Positions 28,674 to 43,488 of a stretch of DNA of 64,000 bases are shown in pieces. Positions within the stretch are counted from its first letter, which is position 1. Every line of letters starts with the position of its first letter. Source of the DNA: the human T2T-CHM13v2.0 reference genome, Homo sapiens; assembly GCF_009914755.1 (NCBI RefSeq), contig NC_060947.1; one strand, written 5' to 3'. Below the pieces are notes generated by a model. It had not been told where the DNA came from. It searched no databases and saw only the letters and a program-made list of their open reading frames with translations. A program made the position numbers and the translations under genes.

Positions 28674-30999
28674 CAGGCATGCCTCCTTTTATTGTGCTTC
28701 ACTTTCTTGTCTTTCACAGATAATGTGTTTTTTACAAATTGAACATTTGTGTCAATCTTGCATCCAGCAATCAATCAGTGCCTTTTTCCCAACAGAATGT
28801 GCTGACTTCATATTTCTGTGTAATATTTTGGTAATTCTTATATTTACAATTTTTTATTATATATTCTGATGACCTTTGATCAGTGATTCAAAGCAATTAT
28901 TCTAGTAATTGTTTTGATGTACCACAAACTATGCCCATATAAAATGGTAAACTTAATCAGTGAATGTGGTGTGTGTTCTGACTGCTCAACCCACAGGCTG
29001 TGCCCCTATCTCTCTTCATCTCCTCAGGCCTGAGACAAAACAATGTTGAAATTAGGCCAACTGAGAGCCCTATAATGGCATCTAAGTGTTTCAGTGAAAG
29101 GAAGAATCACATCTCTCACTTTAAATCAAAAGCTAGGAATCATTAACCTTAGTGAGGAAGGCATGTTGAAAGCCACGATAGACCCCTTGCAACATGTTAT
29201 TAGCCAAGCTGTGAATAAAAAGGAAAAGTTCTTGAAGAAAATTATAAGTGCTACTCAAGTGAATACATGAATTATAAGAAAGCAAAACAACCTTTTTTGC
29301 TGATGGGGAGAAAGTTTGAGTGGTCTGAATAGAAGATCAAAAACTAGCCTCAACATTCCCTTAAGCCAAAGCCTAATTCAGAGCAAGGCCCCTAACTCCC
29401 TTCAATTCTATGAAAGCAAAGAGAGCCAAGAAAGCTGCAGAAGAAAAATTTGAAGCCAGTATGACTTTTAAGTAAAGATGTCTCCCTGACATCAAAGCAC
29501 AATGTGAAGAAGCAAGTGTAGAAGCTTCAGCAAATTTTCCAGCTCTCACTAAGATAACGATGAAGGTGGCTACAATAAACAACAGATGTTCCATATAGAT
29601 GAAGCAGCCTTCTATGAAAAGAAGATGCCATCTAGAATTTTTACAGCTAGAAAGGAGAAGTTGATGCCTGGCTTCAAAGCTTAAAAGGACAGGCTCACTC
29701 TCTTGTTAGGGGCTAATGCAGTTGGTGACTTTAAGTTGAAACCAATGCTCATTTACTGTTCTGAAAATTCTAGGGCTCTTGAGAATTAATGCTAAATCTA
29801 TTCTGTCTGTGCTATATACATGGGACCACAAAGCCTGGATGACATCTCCTTACAGCATGGTTGACTGAATATTTTAAGCCCATTGTTGTGATACGCTGCT
29901 CAGAACAAAAGATTAATTTAAAAATATTACTGCGTATTAATTATTCACTTGGTAACCCAACAGCTCTTGTGGAACTGTATAAGGAAATTAATGTTGTTTT
30001 CATGCCTGCTAACAAAACATCCCTTCTTTAGCCCATGTATCAAGGAATAATTTCTACTTGCAAGTCTCATTATTTAAGAAAGACATTTGTAAGGCTATAG
30101 GTGCCATATCTAAAAATTCCTCTGGGAAACGTAAATTAAAAACTTCCTGGAAAAGATTCATTATTCTAAATGCCATTAAAAATATTTGTGATCCGTTGGA
30201 GGTCAGAATATCAACATTAACAGAAGTTTAATGAAGTTAATTCTAACCCTCATGGATGACTTTTATGGGCTCAATATTTCAGTGGCAGAAGCAACTGCAG
30301 ATGTGGTAGAAATAGCAAGAGAACTAGAATTACAAGTGGATCCTGAATATATGGCTGAATGGCAGAAATCTTATAATAAATCTTGAAAGCATGAAGAGTA
30401 CCTCTTAAGAATGAGTGAAGAACATGGTTTCCTAAAATGGAATCTACTGGTGAAGATGCTGTGAACATTGTTAAAAAGACAACAAAGTATTTTGAATACT
30501 ACATAAACTTAGTTGATAAAGCAGTGGCAGGGTTTGAGAGGGTTGACTCCAATTTTAAAGAAGTTTTACTGTGGGTAAAATGCTATAAAACAGCATTGCA
30601 TGTTACAGAAAAATCTTTCTGTAAATCATTCAAGGCAAAGTCCATCAATGTGACAAACATCGTCATGTTATTTTAAGAAATTGCCACAATCACCCCAACC
30701 TTCAGCAACCATCACCCTCATCAGGCAGCATACATCAACATCAAAGCCAGATCTCCCCTCAGCAGCAAGATAATGGCTCACTGGAGTCTCAGATGATTGT
30801 TAGTGTTTTATCAGCAATAAAGTATTTTTAATTAAGATATGTACATGGTTTAGACAATGCTATTGCCCACTTAATACAGTATAGTGTAAACTTCATATGC
30901 ACTGAAGAAACAAAAAACAATGGTGACTTGTTTTATTGTGATATTTACTTTATTTATGTGGTCTGATATGAAACCTGAAGTATGTCCAAGATACGCCTG
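28674..30999 (+). mobile_element. Tigger1 DNA transposon, near full length, transposase disrupted
   Basis: TA|caggcatgcctc … gatacgcctg TIRs; atggcatctaagtgt (MASKC) at 29075; many stops and frameshifts. Confidence 0.95.
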
Positions 31000-31052
31000 C
31001 ATTTAATTTGTTATGTGGGCCTTTGTGTTCCATGACTTCTGGGATAACTTAC

Positions 31053-31146
31053 TTGGCAGTAAACCTGGATGCCACCATTACATCAATGTAATTTCCTTCA
31101 TGGCACTTTTTCTGACACCTCTTACTTCTCGATTCTCTATCCAATT
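31053..31146 (-). pseudogene. Candidate decayed exon (LDRESRSKRCQKKCHEGNYIDVMVASRFTAK)
   Basis: Donor CAA|gtaagt; acceptor ccttctttttttaa (ag>aa); open frame; terminal AA plus G of the next exon gives Lys. Confidence 0.4.
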
Positions 31147-32714
31147 TTAAAAAAAGAAGGTGTCACACCTCTCACCACTTTTTATTACTATGATGTATTC
31201 TCCCAAAGTTATTAAAAACTACCAGAGTACCAAATGAGGGAATGATTTGAAATACTGGTGATAGTGTTGAGAAATTGAATGAGTGAAAAGACTGACTAAG
31301 CAAGGTGATTTTCGTTTCTTTTTTAAAGCAAAACTGAAAGAGATGCATTGGAGTTTTCAGCTGACAAATTGTTTTTATATTACTCAGAGAATGTTTTTAA
31401 ATAATTGTGTCACAACTTTTCTCAGAATGTGTCTATAGAAGCAAATAAAATGGCACAAATGAATAGTTGCAGAACCCTGTTTTATTCAAAGCTCAAAAAA
31501 TGACATTCATTTAATAAGGGATTTTTTCACAAATAAATGAATTACTTAAAAAATGCTCTATTCATCTCAATAACATGCATTTTCTTTCCATGTTTAATTG
31601 TAATGTATCAAATTTGTAGTTTAATTTTGTTGTTTTGATCAATGCTATACTAAGAATTACAATGACAACTTAGTACATGTGTGATTTTTAAAAGTTAAAG
31701 TTTAGAGTTATAGGATACTAAGACATTTCCAATGAGTATGACTTTTAAACATAAAATATATGTAATTAGGATACAATTCTGTTATGAATTAAGTGGTAAC
31801 AAACATTCAAAGAGAAAAAAGTTTAAAGATATCCATGCTTTTTCTTATAAGCAAGACCTTGTTTATATATTCAAATCAACATGGTGACTAGAATTTAGTG
31901 AATATATTGGAAAGAGCAGAGAAACTATTTTGTTACTAATGAAGTAACAATGAATGAAGGGCTGTGGATGAAGGTTGGAAGTAGGTGTGATTCCTCTCAC
32001 CAAGACAGCTAACAACCTAATAACATAATTTTTGGTTTATGTTCTGGCAGTTTTAAGCTCTGCTGATTCAAATGTTTCAGTTTGCATGAAGTGAATATTT
32101 CTACCAGTAGGCACAACAATGGTTTTATTCATTTGGATAGTAAGACTTCCACCTGGACATTTTTGGTCCTTATGACACTCAATTGACAGATGAAGGAGGA
32201 GTTAAACTCCTGGGTGAGGTGATTAATTCCAGTTACTCATATTTCTTAGTACTTCTATATGCAACAGTAAAATTTAATAAAAAGGGTAGGACGGCTCATT
32301 ATGAATCTATGTTCTCTTTACTTTTAACCAACCATTCTGGTGATCAGCTATGGTCTCATGGCTGTTATAGAAACAAGAAACAAAGTAGGTCTGCACATGA
32401 GTTTTCATACTTATAGAAATATTTTCTTTCTCCATCTCCCCTATTATTTTGTTTAGGATATACTTGTAGTGGTTAATTTTATAATTTAAAATTTAGATGA
32501 AATAATATACCTGTGGGATAAATACTGAATTAGAAGAATTAACATCTTACAGTGTTGGATTCTGAGGTTTTGAGTCTTCATTTTTGGTGGGAGAGTGTGA
32601 GACAATCTTTGTTTTCATAAAGAACTGTTATAGAAGCACAATGTTCTTGTTATTTTTTGTTACATAGAATTTTAAGTGAGAGAAGATGGTAAGAATGGAT
32701 TCTAAGCAGCCAGG

Positions 32715-33120
32715 TTCGTGGACTGTGTTAGGCATTTCTATTTGCTTTATTTCCATCCTTTCATGCCTCTTTTTGTATTGCAGGGTGTTGGACACTTGCA
32801 AACTAATTTCCTGACATTCTTGCCAGTTAGCTTTTATTCAGGATGTGTCTATTGGAGGCACAGAGGGAGAATGAAAGGCAGAAGAAAGAAAGACATTTTT
32901 CTTTCTTTTCTTGGGTTTCTTATAATGCCTTTGAGAATGTCAGAAGCAGGATGGACAACCTAGTATTCCAGGTTCTGCTTGACATTAAAGTTCCAGGGGA
33001 CATTATGGCAGCTGATGCTCCACCAGTCTTGGTAGTGTAGTGCTTGTAACCATTGGCTCTGGCAGCAACAGCAATAATGGGTGACTCCAGGCTCTCTGTA
33101 TCTTTCAGGGTCAGCATAAA
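32715..33120 (+). mobile_element. LTR33-like ERVL LTR
   Basis: gcaaactaatttcctgacattcttgccag…ggaggcac…gagaatgaaaggcagaag. Confidence 0.55.
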
Positions 33121-33714
33121 ATAAGTGATTTAATGTATTTAAATTCCACTTGACATAATTACGTGACTGATGTAAACTGTTCGTTTTAAAATTTCAGTAT
33201 TTTAAATATGTCTTTCTCACTTTATACAAGTATGAAAAATTTTATGTGTCAATGTAAAAATATGCAAACACTTTTAAAGGCTAAACAGGAAAAACTAAGA
33301 CAACTCTTCTGCAAGCTCAAGGCTGCCTCATAGTCACATCTCTAATTTGGTTCACAGGACAGACAAAAAGAGGAAGTTCAGGGCGACAAAATTCCTTTTA
33401 AGTAAGTGAGTCAGAAATTACACAGATTGTTTCCACTAATTTTTCTTTTGAGGTAATCTAGTGACCTGGCCATAAATAATCAAGACTGAGAGTAGGACAC
33501 TTAATATTTTACTCAGGTAAAATTACTGACTTTATGAAACAGAGAGAAGGTTTTTATTGAAAAATAGCTGTCACTCCCCACAATATGTTCAAAAGCCAAT
33601 ATCAGAGTCTTTAATTTACATCTGAAATACCTAATGAAGTTTCTATTTTCTGGCTTTCAAAGTTCTCTTAGCCTGTAGAGCTTGCCTATGACCTAGAATT
33701 TCCTGTTCTAGAAA

Positions 33715-33840
33715 TATACATTCACTTAACAAATATTTATACAACTTTTACTATGTTCCCAGCACACTTTTGGGTGGTAAAGGTGTAGTTATGAATAAGG
33801 AAAACATGATTCTTACCCTCATGGAGCTTACAATCTCCTG
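33715..33840 (-). mobile_element. L2 3' end
   Basis: ttcacttaacaaatattta…cctcatggagcttacaatct. Confidence 0.75.
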
Positions 33841-34745
33841 AAATAATATATAACTATATATTATAATAATATATAATATAATATATAATATAATGTAATA
33901 AAGATGAAGAAAGATAGTACCAAATAATGAAAAGTGTTAGAATAAAAGCAGACAGCACCCTGCCTAAAATTTTCAGGCCTAAGACAAATTGCAAACAGAG
34001 GCTCTGCATGATTATTACATATTTAATTATGTATTCTTCAAAAGTGTCCTTTGAATAGTCATAAAATTAGAGTGTATAATGCTACATATTGTCTCTTCAA
34101 AAAGTAGAAATAAAGATAGATAAAATTATTTGATTACAGAATACACAAAGAGTCTTACATCCCAAATTTAGAAAAACAATTAAAAAGTAAATTCTTGGGT
34201 AAAATAGGCAATAAAAAAATTTAAAAATTCATACAAATTAATTATAATAACAGTATTAGGGCCTGTAGAGGACAGCTAATGGAGTAATCAGAGAAAAATC
34301 AATAACCTTAAATGTGTATATCAGTAAAAAAACAGATAATTGAAATAGACATCTGGCTAAGATAAGAAAAAATAAAAAAAGCAGAAGGAAAGTATTAATA
34401 AATACAAAAGCAGAAATGAATAGAATAAATAACAGAACATATAAATAATTCTAAATTGTGATTATTTGACTAAAAACGAAAACAAGCAAATCTTTTTTAG
34501 GTTTTTATTTGTTATTAATTAGCACATAATAATTGTACATATATATGGAGTACAGTGTGATGGTTTGATACATATATACAGTGTGTAGTAATCAAATCAG
34601 AGTATTTAGCACATTTACCACCTCAAATGCATATCATTTATTTGTTACTAAAACATTTAACGTTCTTTCTTCTAGCTATTTTGAAATATACAATACACTA
34701 TTGTTAACCATAGCCAACCTACTAAGCAATAGAAAATCTAAACTT

Positions 34746-36826
<2,081 letters not shown>

Positions 36827-37164
36827 ATCAGGTTTTTTGCCCACTTTTTAATGAAGTTATTTGCTTCTTGCTATTGAGTTCTTTGAGTTCCATATATAAT
36901 TTGGGTATTAACAGATTATCAGATATATGATTTGCAAACATTTCTCTCATTCTGTGGGTTGTCTTTTCACTTTGTGAGTTTTCTTTTTTGCCGTGCAGAG
37001 GCATTTCAGTTTGATGCCATTCCACTGGTCTAACTTTTGTTTTCGTTGTCCATGTGTTCAGGATTATATCCAAACAGTCATTACTACAGCAATGTCATGG
37101 AGCTATTTCCTCATGATTTTTTAGAATTAGGTTTACAGTTTCAGGTGTTCTATTTAAGTGTTCA

Positions 37165-37719
37165 TTTTTTATGGCTGCATAGTATTGCATTGTGTATATG
37201 TACTACATTTTATTTATCCAGTCTATCATTGATGAGCATTTAGGTTGATTCCATGTCTTTGTTATTGTAAATAGTGCTGCAGTAAACATACATGTGTGTG
37301 TCTTTATAATAGAGTAATTTCTATTCCTTTGGGTGTATACACACACAGTAACAGGATTGCTGAATCAAATGGTATTTCTGTATTTATGTCTTTGAACATG
37401 TCCCTTGCAGGGATATGGATAGAGCTGGAGGCCATTATCCTTAGCAAACTAAAGCAGGAACAGTAAACCAAATACAGCATGTTATCACTTATAAGTGGGA
37501 GCTAAACGATGAGAGCACATCAATACATAGAGGAGAACAATGCACACTGGGGTCTATCGGAGGGGGGAAGGTGAGAGAAAAATAACTAATGGATAGCAGA
37601 CTTAATACCTGGGTGATAAAATAATCTGTACAACTATCCCTTATGACATATGTGTACCTATGTAACAAAATTGCACATCCTGCACGTACACTCCTGAATG
37701 TAAAATAAAAGTTAAAAAA
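37165..37719 (+). mobile_element. Old L1PA (PA13-16-like) 3' end with 5' inversion (37165-37395 antisense)
   Basis: Antisense arm begins at …gccataaaaaa; sense arm starts at the adjacent catgtcccttgcaggg. Confidence 0.8.
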
Positions 37720-38090
37720 ATACATCTTCAATTCATTTTGATTCAATTTTTTATATGGTGTAAGAAAAGGGTCAAATTTCATTCTGCTGCATGTGGATAT
37801 CCAGTTTTCTCAATACCATTTATTGACGAGATTCTCCTTTCCCCATTGTATGTTCTTGGTACCTTTTTCAAAATCGGTTGACTATATATGGTTTAGTTTA
37901 TTTCTAGGTTTCCTATTTTGTTCCATTTGTCTGTGTTTTGTGTTTGTGCCAGTACCCTGCTGCTTTGATTACTGTAGCTTTGTAATATATTTTTAAATCA
38001 AGGAGTGTGATGCCTTCAGCGTTGTTCTCTTTGCTCAAGACTGTTTTGGCTATGTAGTCTCTTGTGGTTCCATAGCAATTGGAGTATTTT

Positions 38091-39485
38091 TGATGGCAGC
38101 AGTGGCCCATCTGGAGTGGCCATTGCCAAGATGCCACTGCAGTAGGCAGTTGTGGCCAGGACTGTACACTCCATGGAGCAGGCAGGAACCCCATGCCCCC
38201 AGGCTCAGGCCTCCTATTCCACAGAGAAGGCTGGAGCCCTACCACAGCTCCAGACCTGAGTGTCTCTGTGCTATTGGGTGCCTGGGAGGTTCCCCTGCCC
38301 CCAGCATGCTCAGAAGTGCCTTCTCCCACAATCTGGCTTCTCCCCACTGTCGGTGTCTGCTCCGATATCAGAGGTGTGGCTGGAAATGCATGCTCCACAG
38401 AGCCAGTGGGAGCTGTGGACAAGCGGGAGCCCCACCCTTTTGGAACTGGCTAGGCAAGAGGTCCTTGGATGCAGCTGCAGCTGCCCAAGCCAGGCTGCAG
38501 ACCCAGACACCTCTGTGCTCTTGGGGAAATGCAAAGGTCTCTGTGCCCCCACCCCCCAGACTCAGAGTTGCCTTCTTCTGCTGCCTGGCCTCTCCCCTCT
38601 CCCAGAGCCTGCTCTAATCTTGGAGCAAGGTTGGGCTGAGCTGAGTACTGCTGCAGCCTACCTGGGTGGGTGCATGCTCAGGGCAGCGCTGACACACTAG
38701 CCCCCTGCCACCTTCGCCCCCTCTGGATTTTGGGCACTGACAAGCATAGGAGGAAAGCCAAAGGTGGGGGGGGGAGTTGAGGGCAGCACAGTGCTGGCCT
38801 GCAGGTGCCACTTGGCACAAGCAGCCTGGGCACCAGAATGGCAGTGAGAGACAGACTCCTGGGCAGTTTTTGAGGGTGCGCCCCCAGTGAAGCCCCACCT
38901 TCAGGCCAGGGAAGGCCTGTGCCTGGGAACTGGTCTGCCAATCCTGTGGACCGGAGGTGGACTGGTGATGCTTTTTTCTGGGCCCACCCGTGGTTGTCCG
39001 TGGAACAATTAGCATGTACTTTCTCTCTCTGAAGACCATAAAAAGCCCTGACCCAGCCAGAGCAGAGTAGACATCAACACAACCAGCTGCAGAGAGAAGC
39101 TGCCCTCTCCAGGGCCTCCTCTCTGCTGAGAGCTGCAGACATCAGGACAACCACCTGCAGAGAGGAGGTACCCTCTCCAGGGCCTCCTCTCCCCTGAGAG
39201 CTGCAGATATTGGGATGACCTGCCTGTAAGGGGAGCCAGCCTCTCCAGGGCCTCCTCTCTGCTGAGAGCAGCAGACATCAGGACAACCAGCTTTAGAGTG
39301 GAGCTACCCACTGCAGGTCCCCTCTGGGCTGTTGTAACACTCAATAAAGCTCCTTTTCGTCTTGCTCACTATCCACTTCTGTGCATATCTCATTCTTCCT
39401 GGATGCAGGACAAGAACTTGGGCAAAGATGCCCCTGGCCACAGAGATGTCCAGCCAGAAAAGTGATACCAAAAGATCCCGTAACA
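38091..39485 (+). mobile_element. MER52-type ERV1 solo LTR (GC-rich, internal tandem repeats at ~39075-39300)
   Basis: tgatggcagcagtggcccatctggag … gatcccgtaaca; TATA-like cataaaaa and AATAAA at ~39343. Confidence 0.88.
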
Positions 39486-39914
39486 TTTATTTTTCATTTA
39501 TGTTAAAAATGGCATTGACCCTTTCATAAGGATTGCAATGAGACTTTCGATTGCTTCAAGTAATATGGACATTTTCATAGTAATAATGAACATGGGAATT
39601 ATTTCCATTTGTGTCTTTTAAATATATTTTATCAGTGTTTTACAGTTTTCAGTACCCAGATCCTTTACCTCCTTAGTGGAATTTACACCTAAGTATTTAA
39701 TTTTTTGGTTGCTACTATAAATCATATTGCTTACTTAATTTTCTTTTCAGAGTGTTTGTTACTAATACATAGAAGTGCCACTAATTTTTAAGGCTGATTT
39801 TGTATCCTGCACCTATACTCAATTTACTTATCATTTCTAACAGTTTTTTGGTAGAGTCTTTAGGGTTTTCTTAAGTAAGATTATGTCATCAACAAATAGA
39901 GAAATTTTCACTTC

Positions 39915-40063
39915 CACCATGTGACGATATGGCAAGAAGACCTTCATCAGATGCTGATGACTTGATCTTGAAATTCCTAGCCTCCAGAACTGTGAGAAAA
40001 ATATGTTTTTATTTATAAATTACCCAGTCTCAGGTATTGTATCGGCACAAAACAGACTAAGAT
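39915..40063 (+). mobile_element. MST/MLT1A LTR 3' half
   Basis: cagaactgtgagaaaa…tataaattacccagtctcaggtatt…gactaagata. Confidence 0.85.
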
Positions 40064-40194
40064 AGCTTGTGACAGATATACATTGATTACTCTAATTACT
40101 ATTAATGTCATTATTACTGAGTATCTATAATGTGAAGTACTATAACAGATGGGCATATAAAAGGAGTGAGAATCTTAGCATATGAAGAATTTAG

Positions 40195-40720
40195 AGAATT
40201 CATTCAAGAATTGTTTTTAGTTACATGTGTCTGCACTTGGTACTATTCTAGGCACTGGGGATCTGACAGATGGAAAAAAGATAAAGTTCCTGCCATAAGG
40301 AAACTTGCATTGATCAGCTGAAGAACAAAAGCCTAAGAACAATTGACAACTATATTATAGTGTGATGAATACAATGAGAAGCCAGAGCACACGGAGGAGG
40401 AATTTAAAGGGAAGGGGCATGTAACCTGGTTTTCTGAGAGCAAAATTATAAAAAGAGTCTTAGAGGGGGTAATGTCTATGCTAAGCCTGGAAAGACTTAT
40501 TTGTTGATTTAAAAACTTTCTGCATAATACCTGTTATGTGCCTGAAATTGTTCTAAGTGCTTTACAAATGAGTTATTAATTTGATTTAATTATCCTGATA
40601 ACTCAGTGAGGTGGGGAAAGTGAAGCATATAGGGGGCTATATTTCTTGCCCCAAATCACAAAACTAAACAGTGGTTCCAAAGTGCATTGCATTAACTGCA
40701 ATGTACTATGCTTCTCCCTC
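40195..40720. mobile_element. L2 (-) and MIR (+) remnants
   Basis: ttctaggcactgggga…aagttcctgcc; ttctaagtgctttacaaat…cttgccccaaatcaca. Confidence 0.6.
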
Positions 40721-40795
40721 TTATAATGTTTTTGTAAGCTGTGTTGGGTGAGCTGGAGGTCAAAGGAATGGGGCATAGGAGAAGCAGTCAATAGT

Positions 40796-41026
40796 CCTAA
40801 AGACTCTACCAAAAAACTTGTAGAAATGATAAATAAATTGAGTATAGGTGCAGGATACAAAATCAGCATTAAAAATTAGTGGAACTTCTATGTATTAGTA
40901 ACAATCTGAAAAGAAAATTAAGCAAACAATGTGATTTATAGTAGCAACCAAAAAATTAAATACTTAGGTGTAAATTCCACTAAGGAGGGAAAGGATCTGG
41001 ATACTGAAAACTAAAACTCTATAAAA
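40796..41026 (+). repeat. Inverted local copy of L1 segment 39627-39864
   Basis: Shares long identical strings with the reverse complement, e.g. aaattgagtataggtgcaggatacaaaatcagc and aaatacttaggtgtaaattccactaaggagg. Confidence 0.88.
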
Positions 41027-41599
41027 CCTTCAACTTTACTGGAGCAATAAAAAGAACCTGGTGGAAAGTTCAAGAGAGAAAAATAGAGGGTGATTTTGAA
41101 TATTCTAGAAAGCCAGGTGAGAGATTTTGTTATTTTTTGTATTGTGTTCACAGCTGGCACTCATCTAGTGTTATATGACTACACAAAATAATGCATTATT
41201 GTTAAGGTAGAAGTATTAATATATTTTACAGATTCTAAGATATAGATCAAAAAACATGGTTAAGTATATAAAGGATATGCATTGCCTGTTTGATCCAGGA
41301 ATAGCAATATTTAGATTCCCTCTCATGTGTTTCACAATTAATTTAGTTACAACTTAAATCATGCCATATCTATGCTTAAGTTAGTATCTCTTTTGTACGC
41401 AGCTATACATGATGCTCTTGTTAGGAATGCCTAGCATACTAAGGTAAAGTGAGATTGCCAAAGGTAATCCAAACGATAAAAATAGAGCTATACATCCAGG
41501 AAAAAGATCTAATTCTAGTTTTTATTTTATCCCTTTAGTAGTTTTTATGTTTTCTCACTATATACCAACAGACCTAAACTAGGTTCTCAGTTAAGTATT

Positions 41600-41815
41600 T
41601 GTATTAGTGCGTTTTCACGCTGCTATGAAAATACTACCTGAGCCTGGGTAATTTACAAACAAAGGAGGTTTCATTGACGCACAGTTCTGCATGGCTGGCA
41701 AGGCCTGGAAAACTTACAATCATGACGGAGAAGCAGGCACCTTTTTCACAAGGTGGCAGGAGAGCAAGTGAGAGGGTTTAAGTGCCAGACACAACTCTAA
41801 CTGGTGCCCTATCAC
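41600..41815 (-). mobile_element. THE1/MSTA LTR, truncated
   Basis: tgtattagtgcgttttcacgctgctatg…aaacttacaatcatg. Confidence 0.88.
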
Positions 41816-41819
41816 GCTG

Positions 41820-42550
41820 TCGCCAAACTGGTGTCCTGGATGCAAGACAAAGTCCTCCCCACTTATTTCTCTCCTCAAACAGAAGGAAGGGATCTGCCTT
41901 GGATCTGTGAGTTGTGTGGTTACGGAAGACGTGATGTAATCACTCTGTTGGCTGCCCCAGCTGGTGTCTGAATAAGTTTCCCCCCCCACTCCACCCAATC
42001 CACTGTCTCTAGGCCTAGTTCAGCACTGGGACTCAACTAAGTGTTGCAGTTTTTATGGCCTACACTCACTTCTAAGTTCATTTATAGACACAGATCACTG
42101 CAGTCCTCAGTGGTGAGGTTTGCAGACACTCAAGTTTGGACTGTGGGCATAGAAGATTCTCCTCTGGCTAAGGCTGGTTTAAATGCTACCTCTGTGGGCT
42201 GATGTCAGCTGAGTTTGGTCCTGTTTTTCTTTCTGCTTTAACAGGACAGCATTGAGTTCAATGCCTAACCGCTGCTGTATTCTCCCTCCCTCAATGCCCA
42301 GAGACACTCTCTGCACCAGGTCACTGCAGCTGGGGTGTGGGGGAGGGGCATTGTTGGCAAATCAGTATTGTTTATTCTCTCTTCAGTACCTCTGTCAGCA
42401 ATACGAGAATAAAACCAGGTACTATGAGGGCTCACCTAATTTTTGGTTCTTCTGTTTTTTTTTTTTTTTTTCTGTGTAGATAGTTGTTAAATTGGTATCC
42501 TTCTGTTGGGGATTATTGCTGGAGCCTTCTGTTCTGCCATCTTGCTTAGC
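41820..42550 (-). mobile_element. L1M 5'UTR
   Basis: aaaaccaggtactatgagggctcacctaatttttggttc…ttctgccatcttgct (L1 5' terminus). Confidence 0.75.
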
Positions 42551-43097
42551 CTGTCCATATTTTCTGTATCCATTTATCTTTATTGAACATCTAGGTTGAT
42601 TACATTTCCTGACTATTGGAAATAATGCCATAATAAAGATGGTAGAACAGATATCTCTTTGACATACTAATTTTATTTCCTTTGATATACACCAAATAGT
42701 ATAATTTCTGGATCATATGTTAGTTCCATTTTTTATTTGTTGAGGAACCTCCATACAGTTTCCAATTATGGCTGTACTTATGTACGCCCCCACCAACAGT
42801 GTATGTGTTCTCCTTCACATCCTTGCTAGCATTTTTGATGTTTTATCTTCTTCATAATAGCTATTCTAATGGGGATAAGCTGATATTCTATTGTTGTTTT
42901 GATTGTAATTTCTCTGATGATTGGTGATATTGAACATTTTTTCACATACCTCTTAGCCACTTGTATGTTTTCTTTTGAGAAATGTCCATTCAGGTATTTT
43001 GCACATTTTAAAATCAGATTACTTTTATTTTCGCTATTGATTTGTTTGAGTTCCTAAAATATTGTAGTAATTAACTTCATGTCAGGTGCGTAGTTTT

Positions 43098-43488
43098 TGA
43101 TGTGGTTTGGATTCTTGTCCCCATCCCAATCTCATATCAAATTGTAATCCCCAATATTGAAGGAGGGGCCTGGTTGAAGGTGATTGGATCGTGGGATCAG
43201 ATTTCTCCCTTGCTGTTCTCATGATAGTGAGTGAGTTCTCACGAGATCTGGTTGTTTAAAAGTGTGTAGCATCTCCTGTTTCGCTGTCTTCCTCCTGTTC
43301 TGACCATGTAAGACATGCTTGCTTCCCCTTTGCCTTCTGCCATGATTCAAAGTTTCCTGAGGCCTCCCCATTCATGCTTCCTAAACAGCCTGTGGAACCA
43401 TGAGCCAATTAAACCTCTTTTCTTTATAAATTACCAAATCTCAGATATTTCTTTATAGCAGTGTGAGAATGGGCTGTTAACTATTACA
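43098..43488 (+). mobile_element. MSTA solo LTR
   Basis: tgatgtggtttgg … attaca; 5-bp TSD gtttt. Confidence 0.92.

Noticed and set aside
29075-30440. Domesticated TIGD-like transposase
   Set aside because: Many stops and frameshifts, and no long ORF on the + strand
39075-39300. Repeat-spacer (CRISPR-like) pattern
   Set aside because: Internal tandem repeats of the LTR with no unique spacers, in a eukaryotic context with no cas genes
37913-39486. Long overlapping ORFs and a possible CpG-island promoter
   Set aside because: GC-rich MER52 LTR with depleted CpG; the ORFs reflect low stop-codon frequency
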